Below the pieces are notes generated by a model. The model worked only from the letters and a program-made list of their open reading frames with translations. It ran no database searches and was not told where the DNA came from. Both the position numbers and the translations under genes were made by a program. A DNA stretch of 60,827 nt, the filler included, from Basidioascus undulatus (Eukaryota), in assembly GCA_000826855.1 (NCBI GenBank). It is 7 parts of 7 records of this genome, joined end to end, with 100 filler letters (N's around TTAATTAATTAA, not from the genome) between each part and the next. Parts side by side here need not be neighbours in the genome. Positions count along the whole stretch, not along the records: positions 11,513 to 37,886 come from JTLS01000190.1; 6 more parts are not named here. One strand, given 5' to 3'. How positions within the stretch are numbered: the stretch's first letter is position 1; every line of letters begins with the position of its first letter. Shown one piece after another: positions 12,291-24,218 of the stretch.

Positions 12291-14729
12291 CTACTCTTCA
12301 TCCACGTCCCTCCAAACGCCCCTACACATCTCATGCGCGCTCCCCACCCTCCAGTCATCTCCCTCCCACTCTTCCATCCCCGCCCGCTCCTTCCTTCCCT
12401 CATCCTCGCTCTCACTCTCGCTCCCACTCCCGCTGTCCTCCGCGCGCTCCTTCCCCTTGCCCAACCGGACATTCCCCGGCTTCGGCGGCGCCTCGCAGTA
12501 CGCCTTGGTGTCGAACACGGGCGGGCGGTCCGAGAGGTCCGTCGAGCCCGCGAGGAGCGCGCGGACTTCGTCGGGCTCGGGGCAGGCGCGGAGATGTGGG
12601 AACAGCGGGGGGAAGGAGGGCGGGAGGGTGGAGGCGAAGGGGAGGGGCGGCGGCTCGGAAGAGGATGCGGAGTGGAAGACGAGGAGCTCGATATGCTTGG
12701 GCTTTTGGCGCGTGGTGGAGGACGTGGAGGAGGAGGAGGCAGAGGAGCGGGACGCAGCGCGCAGGTAGGCCTTGTCCTTCTTTGCCTTCGCCGCGCGACC
12801 GCTCGCAGCAGCGGACGAAGACGCCGACGACCCCCTCGCTGTAGTGTTGGCCCCCTCCTTCTCCTTCACCCTCTCCTCCATCTCCCGCTTGCTCCCCGCC
12901 CTCTCCCACTTTTTCCAAGCCTCCTCCAGCGCGCCCACGACACGCTCACAGCCCTCCCTCCACCCGCGCTCAAACTCCTCCGCCCACTCGCGGCGCCTGC
13001 GCGCTCTCACGCGGTCCTCCACGCCGAGCGACAGCGCGCGCAGCGCCGGCGGGGAGGGGAGGACGAGGTACTGGACTGGGGCGTTGGCGAGGTGCGCGCG
13101 CGCGGCGGGGGACAGGCCCGAGGAGGCGGAGGTCGACGACTGGCCAGGCGCGTCGTCCCGGATCGAGAAGGACGCTTGGAACCCGCGCCGGCCTTGACGA
13201 CGCCGCGCGGACGGCAGGGCGGGCAGCGGAAGCTCCTCGGCGGGAGGCAGGATCGGTCCGCCCGGGTGAGTGGTGTGTACTGCGGGCGGCGGGGCAGCCA
13301 GCGCACGCTGCTCCGCGACCCACTCGTTCACAGCCGTCTCCGCCGCCTTGGCTCTTACGAGCCCCGCGGTGGCGCACATCCGCCCAAGGAGGCGTGCGCC
13401 GGCGCGTCCACGGTCGCGCGCGACGGTCCCGTACCCCTCCAGGCCGAAGAGGTTCGTGTGGTCCAGTACAAGGTGGGTGAGGCGCGGGTGCCGCCGCAGA
13501 AGCGGGGCGAGGTTCGCATCCTGCCCTTGCACGCGGACGAAGGAGGTCGAGATGTCGAGGGTTTCCAGGTTGGGGAGCGCGTTGGGGACGGAGAGGGGCG
13601 TGGCGACGTCGCGGAAGGGGACGCGCAGGCGGAGGTGCTTGACGTGCGAGGCCAGGGGGGAAGTCGCGAAAAGGGAGAGGCAGTGGGTGAGGTTGAAAAA
13701 GACCTGGAGTGGCGGTTCGGGATCAGGTTCAGCTGTACCGTCCGATGGAGGAGAGATGGAGTAAAACAGGGACGCACAATCGGATTTGCGAAAGTCTTGG
13801 GCAGCGCGCTCGACATCCGGTTGCTCATCCACGGCATGGGCCCGCCGGCGCCCGAGTACGTGGACAGGTGGGTCGAGTGGTCGAGCAGCTCCTCAGCGTC
13901 TTCCTCCTCGCCAGCCTTCATCTCGAACGCAGGTGCGACGCCGTCCTCGTCGCTCTGCAGCTGCAGCGGCGGGACGTCCTGGATGATGCTGATCCGGTCC
14001 AAAGCCGAATTGGACAGCCAGGTCGTCGCGAGGCGCTCGAGCGCAGAGTCGAAATACGCCCCTGCGGAGGAAGGGAGTCAGCCGGGGAAGACGATGTACG
14101 CAGCCTGGGTGTCAAATGAGCAACAGGTTGAAACTTACCTTTGAGGAACTGATAGTATGACCGACGCTTGAGATAGGGGTAGAAGCGGAGGGAGAGCGTG
14201 TGCAGAGAGAGGAGCGGGCGGTGGAATGCGTCGAAGAGGTGCTCCGGCGCGAAGGTCGGGCCGACGTTAAGGAGGAGGAAGCGAATGTGAGGGATGTGGG
14301 GGAGGAGGCTGCGCAGTCACGCGTCTGTCAATCTGATCAAAGCGCAAGGTGAGTGAGGGATACGCACTTGATCACAAAGCTGGGATCGCCACTCCAGCTC
14401 GCAGCGCGAAAGCTCTCCACCACGCCCTCTCCGCCAACCCAATCAGCCCATTCGCGCTCCGCCTCGCCCACCGTGCCGGCCTTCGCGCGAACAAGTCGCA
14501 TGAGGAGCGCCTTGGCCTGCGCCGGCTGCCGGAGATGGAGGTGCGAGACCAGGTGGCGCGGGGAGATGGGCGCGCCCGGCGGAAGGGCGAGAATGAGCGC
14601 GTAGGTCGTCCGCTGCAGATTGGGGTCTGGTACGAAGGAAAGGATCTGGGACCATATTTCTGAGGGGAGGAGCGTGTATGCTGCTGGTGGGCCCGGCGCG
14701 GGTGAGGGGGCGGCCGGGTGGGCAGCCAT
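12291..14729 (-). CDS. F-box-like protein with degenerate LRR-like repeats and a low-complexity C-terminus
   Basis: N-terminal LLPSEIWSQILSFV F-box-like motif; LPNLETLDIS and LTHLVLDHTNL LRR-like strands; long terminal exon ending at 12291. Confidence 0.65.
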
Positions 14730-16085
14730 GGTCGTGAGGTCGAGGGTGAGGGTGAGCGCGGCGAGCTCGAAGGCGTCTTGGAGCGAGAAGCCGAGCCGAT
14801 CGGCAGGGTGGAGGCCCTATGCTCGACTTGAACTCGCCTTCAGTTGTCGCCAAACAGGTCATGGAAACGCGCTTTGAAATTACCGAGTTCTCCTAATAGC
14901 GCACCCAAGTTGAATAGGGTTTCGCAGATGTGTCAAAATATGGCCTCACATTGGCAAATTACTCGTCGTCGTGATCCGAGTCGGCTGCATCGCCAACGCG
15001 TAACCGGTAGCCGCTCTGAGGTCTTCTCCATTCCCTACAGTAGTTGCCATGCTTGATTGAGGAACATAAGACTCTCCAATTCTGATAAGTAACAAAGTGT
15101 AAGTTAACAAAGTGGGGAAGCGTTGAAGGAAGAGACCCCTCAACCAACCTCAATCAACGCCTTCATCCTTGCGGACTGTGCATGCGCCGGCGGTTCGGCG
15201 GTCCCAAGGCAACGCCACGCTGGGCTTGCCTGCTTCGGTGATTGTCATCTTATTTGCTTTTTGAATTCAACGTTTCCTGCATTGCTGAGATGCAGAAAGG
15301 AACGGAGCGCAACCACCCGAAGTATCTCGTCACGCAGCTTTTTCATAACCCCCATTATCACATTGAGCTGGGGAGTATGCGGAAATTTCTGGGCCGGAGG
15401 GCACAAGGGCACCCAATGACAAAGTTAAAAACAGACGCAATGAGCCTCGCAAAGGGGGAAGGAGAGTGCACTGACATCGGAACGTCGTGAGCACGAGCTA
15501 TGCAAAGTTGGGCCATCCTCAGCCACGAAAGAGAGTAAGATGAGAAGATAATTTTACAGGTGCACGGCGTAATACAGTGCCAGCCATCCAAGGGAGCGAT
15601 GAGATCTGTGTGATAGGAAAGAAGACGAGAGAACACTGAAAAGTGAAAACCCAAAAATGGCGGCTAAGCCCCAGAATCTACTACGCCTCAGTTCTCCCCA
15701 CCTTCATATCGCTTTACATTCTCCCACTTCGTTGCAGTAACTCGTCGGAGTAGGCTTACTCGACTGGGGCTCGGTGGATGCGGGGGGTGTCGCGGCGTCG
15801 ATCCTTCGTACTCAGCATCACACTCAGCATCAAATTACTGCAACCGTGCTTATTGCGGCCCGACTGCGCTTGCATGTACTGACGAAGCACCAAAATTAAG
15901 TGTAGCATATGTTACTAATGGGAAGAATAGGCTATTGTCTAAAATTTTCTAATCAGTTCACGCCATGTAGATCAAGCGAGCATGCAGGATCGATAAGGAT
16001 AATCAACCGTCTCCGTCGTGCCTGCACGCAGCCGTGTGGGACCTTTCAAAAACACGATTCACGTTCGGGCAGAGGAAGAGGTCAC

Positions 16086-17018
16086 TCACCCCTCATGCAC
16101 ATTCTCCAGCCACCAGCGGCCCACCGCTGCCTTGAACTCCGCGTCCAGTCCCAGGTACTGGCAGTTGAGCGTGACGCCCCTCCAGTCCGCCAGGCCCTGC
16201 GAGAGCCTCAGAGGCAGAACTCCCGGACCAAAGTAGAGTGCCTCGAGCAGGACGGCGAAGGATCCTGGGTCGGGAAGTGGTAGGTAGATGGTCGGCAAGG
16301 CCGCTACGCCGTCCGCCGGTGGCGCGACGCGGCGTGGTGGGGGTACCGCCGGTGCGGGACAGTGGGGAGGAGAGGAGGAAGGTGAGGAAGGCGATGAGGG
16401 ATCGTTGCTGGGTAAAGTGCGTAATCTAGTGAAGAGTCGGTGGAAGAGAGTCGATTGGAAAGTGAGATAGTCCTTGTGTAGTGAGAAGGACTGGAGCCGG
16501 GTGGTGGTCGAGGGTGGTGTGTCGGACTGAGCGTCCCAGGGGACGACTGAAAAGAAAGCAAAGGGGCTGTCAGAATACTCTCATCCAAGTTCTATGTTCC
16601 CGATACCACAAGGACGGGGTCCGTGGATCCCGAGGGGGACAGGATGCTCGTCTTGCTAAAGAGGCACCTCGGCGAGGAAGCAAGCCACGGTAAGGCTGCA
16701 CCCACCTATTCGACAGTCACTCGTACCCTGTCGACCCCAAAAGTAGCGTCCAAGGGATCGGAGGCGGTCCACCACATACTTTAGCGGCGGTCCCGCCGCC
16801 TGGCTGCCGCGACTGGCGCTGCGCGACGGTTCACAGCCTGCCACGGGCGGACGAAGCGTGGGAGCTCGCAATCCGTCCAGCAGCTCTATGGGCGTCTCCG
16901 GGGGCGTGAGAGACAAGTTTGGTGTCGGAGACGCATGCTTAAGCCGTTTGGAACTGCTACTGGAGTCGGGGACGTGGTCCTGCTCGGGGAACAGGGCTGT
17001 TGGTGATCGTCGGGGCAT
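16086..17018 (-). CDS. clp1: Clampless1 (Clp1)-like protein, diverged paralogue A
   Basis: PLKYVVDRLRSLGRYFWGRQGTSDCRI|VVPW, FSLHKDYLTFQSTLF, IYLPLPDPGSFAVLLEALYFG, WRGVTLNCQYLGL..VGRWW. These are the conserved blocks of basidiomycete Clp1. Confidence 0.75.
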
Positions 17019-18455
17019 CGCTGCTGTCTGGGAAGTTGCACGTGGTGCTGGCTTTGCTGTGAGGAGCCGAGTGTCGGTAATTGGGGGTATGCGGAGCCGG
17101 GGAAGCAATGGGAGGAAGAGAATCGCCTCCAGCACAGGAGACGGGTATGCAGTGGTAAAGAGGGCGGAGTGTGGAGGTCTAGCCACTCGTCCGGTCTCCA
17201 GTGTCTCTCCCGTAGGAGCGACTTTGGCGAGAAGGATATTAGAGCTTGTGGGGCGCTGAAGTCGAGGAACAAGCATGTTGACACTGCAATCACGGATGCA
17301 AACCCTGAGAACTTCTTGGTGGATAGTGACGAAGTTGGACCACATTCGGCCATGCTTCGAATCGTTGGACGGGCAACCCGACGTCCCTGAGCAAGGGTAT
17401 TTTATCTCCCGTCTGGGGACGACGTTGAGCACATGAATTCGGGAGTCCTTCCCTTTGCCTTTAAAAGGCCACGCCACGCCATGTCGGTGTATCGCCATTC
17501 TTCGTCCTCCAGCCAATTCAAACTGGCTTACTGCGACAAGAACTGGTGAATTTGCTCAGGCTCTAGACTCGTATCCACCGAGAAACTTGTTCTCTTGAGC
17601 AGACGGCGTGCGTACGAGGCGTGCATGAGGCACCGCGGACTTTCATGGGATACGATACCTCGCTATAGAGATGGTTGTAATTTTTCTTTCTTTTGGATCT
17701 GTTGAATCTTCCATTAATACAAGAGGATTACGCCAGCCTGGCGAGCCTTCCGCAAAATGTGCGAGCTGAGGGCTACCATGTTCGAAACCCCTCTGATTCG
17801 GGTGTAAAGGTGTATACTTACCCCTTGAAGACACACTAGCACACCTTCTCGTGGAGTTCAGCGTCGCCTTCCTAGAGGAAAGTGGCAGATGTACACGGCG
17901 ACTGACGATGCCCGTACTCACATCTTCAAAGTCGAAGCAGTATAGGGGTCAAGTGACTCCGAAAGAAGAATCTTCTAAGGGCTTCTCGGTATGGTGTACA
18001 TTCATATGAGAATGACCCGCAGTACTCATATCAAGAGGTGTGATGCTGTCTCCAAAGACATCCGACAGTCCGGGCTTCTGAGGCGTTCACGGAGGCGTTC
18101 ACAGCTTCGGAAATAAGGTACCTGTTCCCACCTGATGTGAAGGGGGGTTACGGGCGGCCATCGCTTGGATGTACACGACCGAGGCTCGCTGTGCGATTAA
18201 TTTATCGCTGAACTCGAGCAGGATTGGGAGCAAGGAGGCCTGGACCGCGTCTACTGTAACAGACGCATGCTTGTCCGAAATGTTCAGCCTGATTATCAAC
18301 AAGGCCTCGCTTTGAACCATTCTACACGCTCAAAAAGTACGAAATGGCAGTGCGCGGACAGAAATATAAAGAGTAAAACACGTGGCAAACAACACTGAAA
18401 AGGCGAAGAAGAACCGTCCGTTTCCGAGAATAATGAATGGTAAATGATGCAAGCG

Positions 18456-19822
18456 TTATAGAGCCTTAAAACCCGCTGTCAGCTCGTCCTCCTCTTCTCG
18501 CACCGCGCTCGTCGGCGTTAATTTTGACGAGCCGAGCGTGAGCGGCGTGCCCTTTGGACTGCTTGGGGCAGAAGGAGGGATGCGAGTCGTCCGCCGCGGG
18601 GGAGGCTTGTCGGCACCGACACCGCGCACGGACTTGTTGGATGCGCCTCCAGCCGAAGAGGACACGAACCCGCGCGTGGAGACCCAGCGTCGCCACCACC
18701 GGCCGAGCACGCGCTTGACTGAGTCGGGAAGGCCGAGGTACTCGGTGTTGCGCACGACACCGTCCCAGGAGATGTGCCCCGCGGCTAGCCGCCGCTCGAG
18801 GATTTCGGGCTTGCCGAAGTCTGCACGACGGAGAGCCACATGTTTAGTCTTGCTCAAGAATTGGGTGTAAGTGGAAGATATACGTACACAGAAACTCGAC
18901 GATGTGTGCAAATGAAAAAGGATCCGGCAGCGGAAGGTAGATCGAAGGCTTGCCGGATGTGCTGGGGAGAAGCCGGGGCGGGTCGAGGCGAGAGGAGAAT
19001 GCGGTGGGTGGGGCGGAGAGGAGATCGATGGCGTTAGAGTTCTGAAAGAGGTTGCGCAGGAGAGTGGATTGGGTAACGAGGTAATCGCGGTGGAGCGCGA
19101 ACGTGAGGCGCCGGTCGCCCGGCATCGGTTCTGAGCCGCGCCGCTGATCGAGCGAAGAGACGACGCTGGTCTGCTCGAGATTGAAACCTCGCGCTGAAGG
19201 CGTCGGCGGCCAGTGGCAAGGCGGCTCGGCGGAAGCCAGACGCGTGAGGGGAGATGGAGACGGTGAACGGCGGCCAGCTGCGCCGGTACCGCCAGCTGAG
19301 CCTCGTCGAGCGAGCGTAGTCGACATGGAGTTCATGGGTACGACTGATAGAAGCACGACAGGGAACGTGAGCACGCTCTATCCCATATCCCCACTGCGCG
19401 ACCTGAACAGAGCACAACTCACTGATTTGACAATCGCCCGTCTCGGGCTTCGTCCAAAAAAGATGAGCGAGCGCATGTAGCCGATCGACGACGTAGTCCA
19501 TCGGGACACCGTCGAGGGAGACTGTCCCCGGGATCGACTGTTTTGGACCCTTTGCATTGCCCGACTCTAGAGGGGGCGACAGCGAGGTGGTGGGGCCGGG
19601 CGCAAGGTACGCCGCGCTCGGGAAGGTCGAAGAGAAGGCAGTGCGTGAAGGCGTTGGTGGGTAAGGGGAGAACTTGAGGGGTGCGGGGGCTTGTCGAGTG
19701 CGACGCGTAGGGAGCGGCGATTGAGATGAGGCGCGTATGGTGGTGGGCGACGGCGGGTCGGAGTCGTCAGGAGGGAGTGATGAGAACGAGAGCGGCGAGG
19801 GCCGGTGGGTAGCCATGACCAT
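18456..19822 (-). CDS. clp1: Clampless1 (Clp1) homologue, paralogue B (closer to canonical)
   Basis: VPMDYVVDRLHALAHLFWTKPETGDCQI|IVP, FALHRDYLVTQSTLLRNLF, IYLPLPDPFSFAHIVEFL, FGKPEILERRL..ISWDGVVRNTEYLGLP..LGRWW. Confidence 0.85.
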
Positions 19823-20309
19823 GCTAAGCGATGGGGGTAATGCCGCAGAGATTTTCGAGCAAGAGAACGCGTGTGATGGGCGCGGGAGCCAAGAGAAGAC
19901 GCTGCTTGCGCGAATAGGGGGGAGAACAAGGACCAAAGATCGTATTTTGCAGCGATGCGATGCACATGACGCAGCGGCACCGCAACAGCGGCACCGCAAC
20001 AGCGGATGTATGTGCTCCCGCTTGTGTGCTCCGGTTCGAACCCGACTGGGATAACCGAGTTTGGCCAACTCTGGCACGCAAACTCTGTGACAGATCAAAA
20101 GGAGTGAGCGAGCGACTTGTGCAAGCGCTGCGGGGTGAAAGCGATAAGGGAGAGAACAAAGGAACGCGAGGCTCGGGCGTTGGGCGAGGAGGACAAAAGA
20201 ACAGCCGCGCTGAAACTGAAACAGCTGGCACATCCCGCGTCCCTGAACAATGTCCGCAGGCGACCCTCTCGCGCGTCTCAGTAAGGCCCGGTCTTTTGAA
20301 AGGTTGGTC

Positions 20310-20975
20310 CAAGTTCAAGGTGGACAGCGAGAGTGAGTATGAGATGGTGGTATTCCAGGTGCCAGCATTCCTATGGGAAGGCAGCCAGCAGACGAAGAAG
20401 CTGGTGATCAATAATATAAGTGCGTCGGTTTTTGTTTTATGTGCAGAAGATGGTGCTAAACACACCATGACAGACAACATGAACTCATGCAGTATGCTGC
20501 TGTGTAGTGCACAAGGGCAGCACCTATCCCCTCCAATATCTTGTCATCTGTCCACTATGCCATCCCTGCACCAAGAGTAAGCACAAGGCACAGAAACAGG
20601 CAAAATTGTGTATCATGACATGCTGGCTCACTCAGCTCAATGAGGCAGGTGTCAAACCCATCCTTTATGCACGGTGACAAGGAATTTGCAGAGATCAGTG
20701 CTATCCAGGTGGTCTTCCTGCAGGCCAAGGGGCAGCTCTGGTATGTATGATTGTTTTCAAGCATGCGCAGGCAAACTGAATGACCCCCCACCTCTGGTTA
20801 GCTATTGGCATGTCAAGAAAGCTGTCATGTGCATGCTCACCATAGCTGTGCTTGCCAGCCTGACATACCACCTTGACAATGTCCAAGCCCTTGTTCCCAA
20901 AGTCAATGAAGAGTTCCTGCCCACCAACTACTGACTGCCTACCAGCCATCAGCACCCACAATCAGCATCTCCAAT
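20310..20975 (+). mobile_element. Degenerate Mutator-like (MULE) transposase relic
   Basis: WLTQLNEAGVKP/(frameshift)SFMHGDKEFAEISAIQVVFLQAKGQL|CYWHVKKAV, with an intron at 20741-20801, matches the MULE D-K-x-x-A-E-I...Q-L-C-x-W-H signature. Stops and frameshifts are present and only about 2 CpG occur in about 540 bp. Confidence 0.7.
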
Positions 20976-21501
20976 GCCGGATGCGACGGTCTCCGACACA
21001 CAGCCACTGACCAGTTGCGCACTCAATGCTGGCATGGCTGAGCAGCTTCTCACAGACAAGCATGATGACAAGTGTGTAGACAAGTGCAACACTGACGAGC
21101 ATGCAGACAGGCGCAGCCATGACAACGCAGACAGGCATGACCACAAGCACCCAGCCGGGAGGCGCAGCGGGCGCAAACGAGAGCCTACGGGGAGACGGTG
21201 GTCCTGGAAGCGGGGTTCAAAGGCCTATATTTTTTGCGTCGGAAGTCAGACAGAAAATATCGGTTGGGATGACAAGACGCAGCGCTCTACCGAATCGCCT
21301 GCCGACCTTCATAGAAGAATCGACGAGACGAATGGAGATCTGCTGCTCACCGGACGGGCGCACATCCAAAGTGCTCCGCATATACAAAGGTAGAATAATG
21401 CGTATGCGCCAATCTCGAAGCTACAGAAATCTTCCATGTGTCACAGAAACCTCTATGTGATCCTCCTCGCAGCCCAACTCCGACCCGCTCTCCAAGCTGT
21501 C

Positions 21502-22928
21502 CTATGCGCGCGCTGCGCGCTCAGAAGCAATGAATTCGCGCATATACTTCGCGAGGGTCTCCGCTTGGGGAACGGAGATGCCGTTGTAGAGGGAAGCGCG
21601 GATGCCTGTGAGAAGACACAACGAAAATAGACATCAGCTGTGTTGCTAGGGAATGCGTAAGGAAAAAGGAGACGGACCGCCGACAGAGCTATGTGGGGGA
21701 GCAAAAACGGTTAGGAAAAGGAAGACCAGGGAGAGCGGGTTCTGAAAGAGCGCACCGGTGGCCCTTGAGCGCCTTGAGTCCCCGCGTCTCGGCGCCCTCC
21801 AAGAAGCGCTTCTCCGCGCCGTCGCCCTTGATGATCCAGACGACGTTCATCCTGCTCCTCGCGTCCTTCTGCACCTTGCCCTCGAACACGCCCTCGCGCT
21901 CGCCCTCCTCCACCGCCTCGTACACGATCCTGCTCTTCTCCTTCGCGGCGCGCTCTGCCTCCGCCACGCCGCCGCGGCGCTCCAGCTCCTCAAACACGAG
22001 CCCGCTGACGTAGATGGCAAACATCGGTGGGGTGTTGTACATGCTCTCGTTGTCCGCGTGGCGCTTGTAGTCCGCCATGTGCGGGACGACGGGGATCCCG
22101 CCGAGCGCGAACGCGTCGTCCGTCGAGACGAGCAGGTCCTTCCGCGCGATGACGAGCGTGAGGCCCGCGATGCCGGCGTTCTTCTGCGCGCCGGCGACGA
22201 TGAGCGCGTGGCGCGAGACGTCGATCGGGCGCGAAAGGACGTTCGAGGACACGTCCGCGACGAGGTTCTTGGAGTTTGCGGGGAGCGCGGCGTACGGGAA
22301 GGACGGCTTGAACTCGACGCCGTTGACGGTCTCGTTGTCGCAGTAGTACACGAATGCGGCGTCGTCCGTGAGCTTCCACTCGCTCGTAGGCGGGATCGCG
22401 CCGAACGTCTTGCCGTCTGCGCTGGCGGCGCGCGCGTCCACGGCGACGTTCACCTTGGCGATCGAGCCAGCCGTCAGGCGCTTCGCCTCCGATGCGGCCT
22501 TGGCGGACCAGGAGCCGGTGACGACGTAGTCGAGCGTGGCGGACTGGGCGGTCGGGTTCGCGAGGCGCCAGGCGGAGAGGACATTCAGCAAGACGGCGGA
22601 GAACTGGCCCATGCCGCCGCCCTGCATGAGGAGGACCTCGTGCGTGTCCGGGATGGACAGCAGCCGGCGGTAGGCATCGACAACCTTTGAAGCGGAACGA
22701 AAAGGATCAGCATGAACATGGGAGACGGCAATGGCGGAGTTCGAGTTGGGGCAGAGACGCACGTTCTTGGTGAGCTGAATGAACGCAGGGGAACGGTGCG
22801 AGAGTTCAGCGAGGCCGATACCTGTGTTGTTGTAGTTGAGCAGGCCCGCAGCAGCGGTTTCCAGCACGGAGGTGGGCAGGGTGGAGGGGCCCGCGGCGAA
22901 GTTGATCACGTCCTGGCGGTCGGGCATC
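21502..22928 (-). CDS. SER1: Phosphoserine aminotransferase
   Basis: VINFAAGPS, ELSHRS, QGGGMGQF, VTGSWS, CDNETVNGVEF, GAQKNAG (PLP lysine), YNTPP, GHRSVGGIRASLYN. Includes an 11-nt micro-exon at 21678-21688. Confidence 0.97.
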
Positions 22929-24218
22929 GTGGAGGGGAGACGGCGGGGAAAATGTAGGGGCTGTTGATAGAGGAAGGGAAAAGGTGAGAATTGAGGGGCC
23001 ATGATAGAGTATGAGGTATGATGTTGTGGGATTGTTGAGCAAATGGGAGATAGGAATCGGAAGTTGAGCGAGGAGAGATGGGAGGGCAGAGCGTTGCCCC
23101 CACTCGCAATTTATGCTGCACGATCGACTCGTACGACTTCTCTCCGAGGCGCTCATATCCACAGATGAATCGGGTACGCACGTGAAAGGGACGAAAAGGA
23201 AAAGAGCGTGTATCCGGGAGACGGTTACAGAGGAACGCCCGCAGGAGGAGGAAGGCTGTGAAGCGAGAAGACCGCCGCCAGGATCGAGTCAGTCCTCCTC
23301 GCTGGCCACCGCATTGCCCAAGAATGGCGTGATTGCCTAGAGGAGTTGTGCGCATGCAATCAAAATAATGACTCACCGCAGAAGATCTGATCGCAAGCGT
23401 ACGAATCGGAAGGAGTTCCAAGAGGAGGAAGGCCAAGCGGCGCTGACTCCCACGGTCTTCTCGCGATGGCGGAATCCCCAGATTCTGGCCGGGTTCGTCC
23501 GCGGGCGGATATCGGCGTCCGCCGTCCGGGCCTCCATCCGGAGTGATCTCCTGGCTTGCACCCGACCCTCATCCTCGCATTCCGCTCACTCTTTCTGCAC
23601 TGACAATCGTTCATCTCCTCATATTTTCTCATTCGAAAGTCCATCGTTCACTCTAGAGCAGGTCGCTCTCCGTTTCGATCGAGTCTATTCGTTCGTTCCG
23701 TACTCCCCGGGGCCCGAAGCTAGTCGCGAGGTGGGTCAGCACTCGCTGTCGTAGGCAAGGGGTACAGGGGAGAGCCAGGAGGAAGAGAAGGCGGGAGATT
23801 GTAAGGTGGACACCTGCGCCCAGGAGCAACCGGTTGCAGTGGCAGGGTGGCTTCCTGGTCCTCGGCAGACACCCACGCCGGGGCGAGAGCTGGTGGACGC
23901 AGACCTTGCTGCGGTTGCGCGGCTTTTCCACGCAGAGCGCGCCATGCTGGACAGCAGAGCGATGTTATCCCGGACATACCTACACCGTATAATTCAGCGG
24001 TTCGGGACCTCCCATGGCGAGAAGTAGTTGGCTCGTGGTGATGAGGCTCTCCAGAGTGATCGCGTTGTTCACGCACCGCAGTCATGCCCTGGCCCACCAC
24101 GACTTGTCGGAAGGACGCTTTCTGACCAATGAATACTTCGCTGAACAGCAGCGGATCACCTCGCAGCTATCCCTACCGCTTTGCCCCTCTCCATCACCGG
24201 CCGCCCCTCCGCGACACC

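Noticed and set aside
12228..14144. Long plus-strand ORF of 638 aa, and similar antisense ORFs such as 21758-22690 and 50250-51524
   Set aside because: These are shadow ORFs caused by high GC, lying opposite or across real spliced genes, with no recognisable domains.
19971..20004. Short tandem duplication CAGCGGCACCGCAA upstream of clp1-B, and AAGGGC/AAATCA codon repeats elsewhere
   Set aside because: Ordinary slippage repeats with no spacer structure, so not CRISPR-like.
20025..20050. GGTTCGAACCC B-box/T-loop-like sequence as a second tRNA half
   Set aside because: The T stem pairs at only 3 positions, and there is no matching acceptor, D arm or anticodon arm nearby.
23653..23977. Small two-exon minus-strand ORF (MSGITSLCC...ETESDLL)
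   Set aside because: A plausible splice exists, but there is no homology or codon-bias support.
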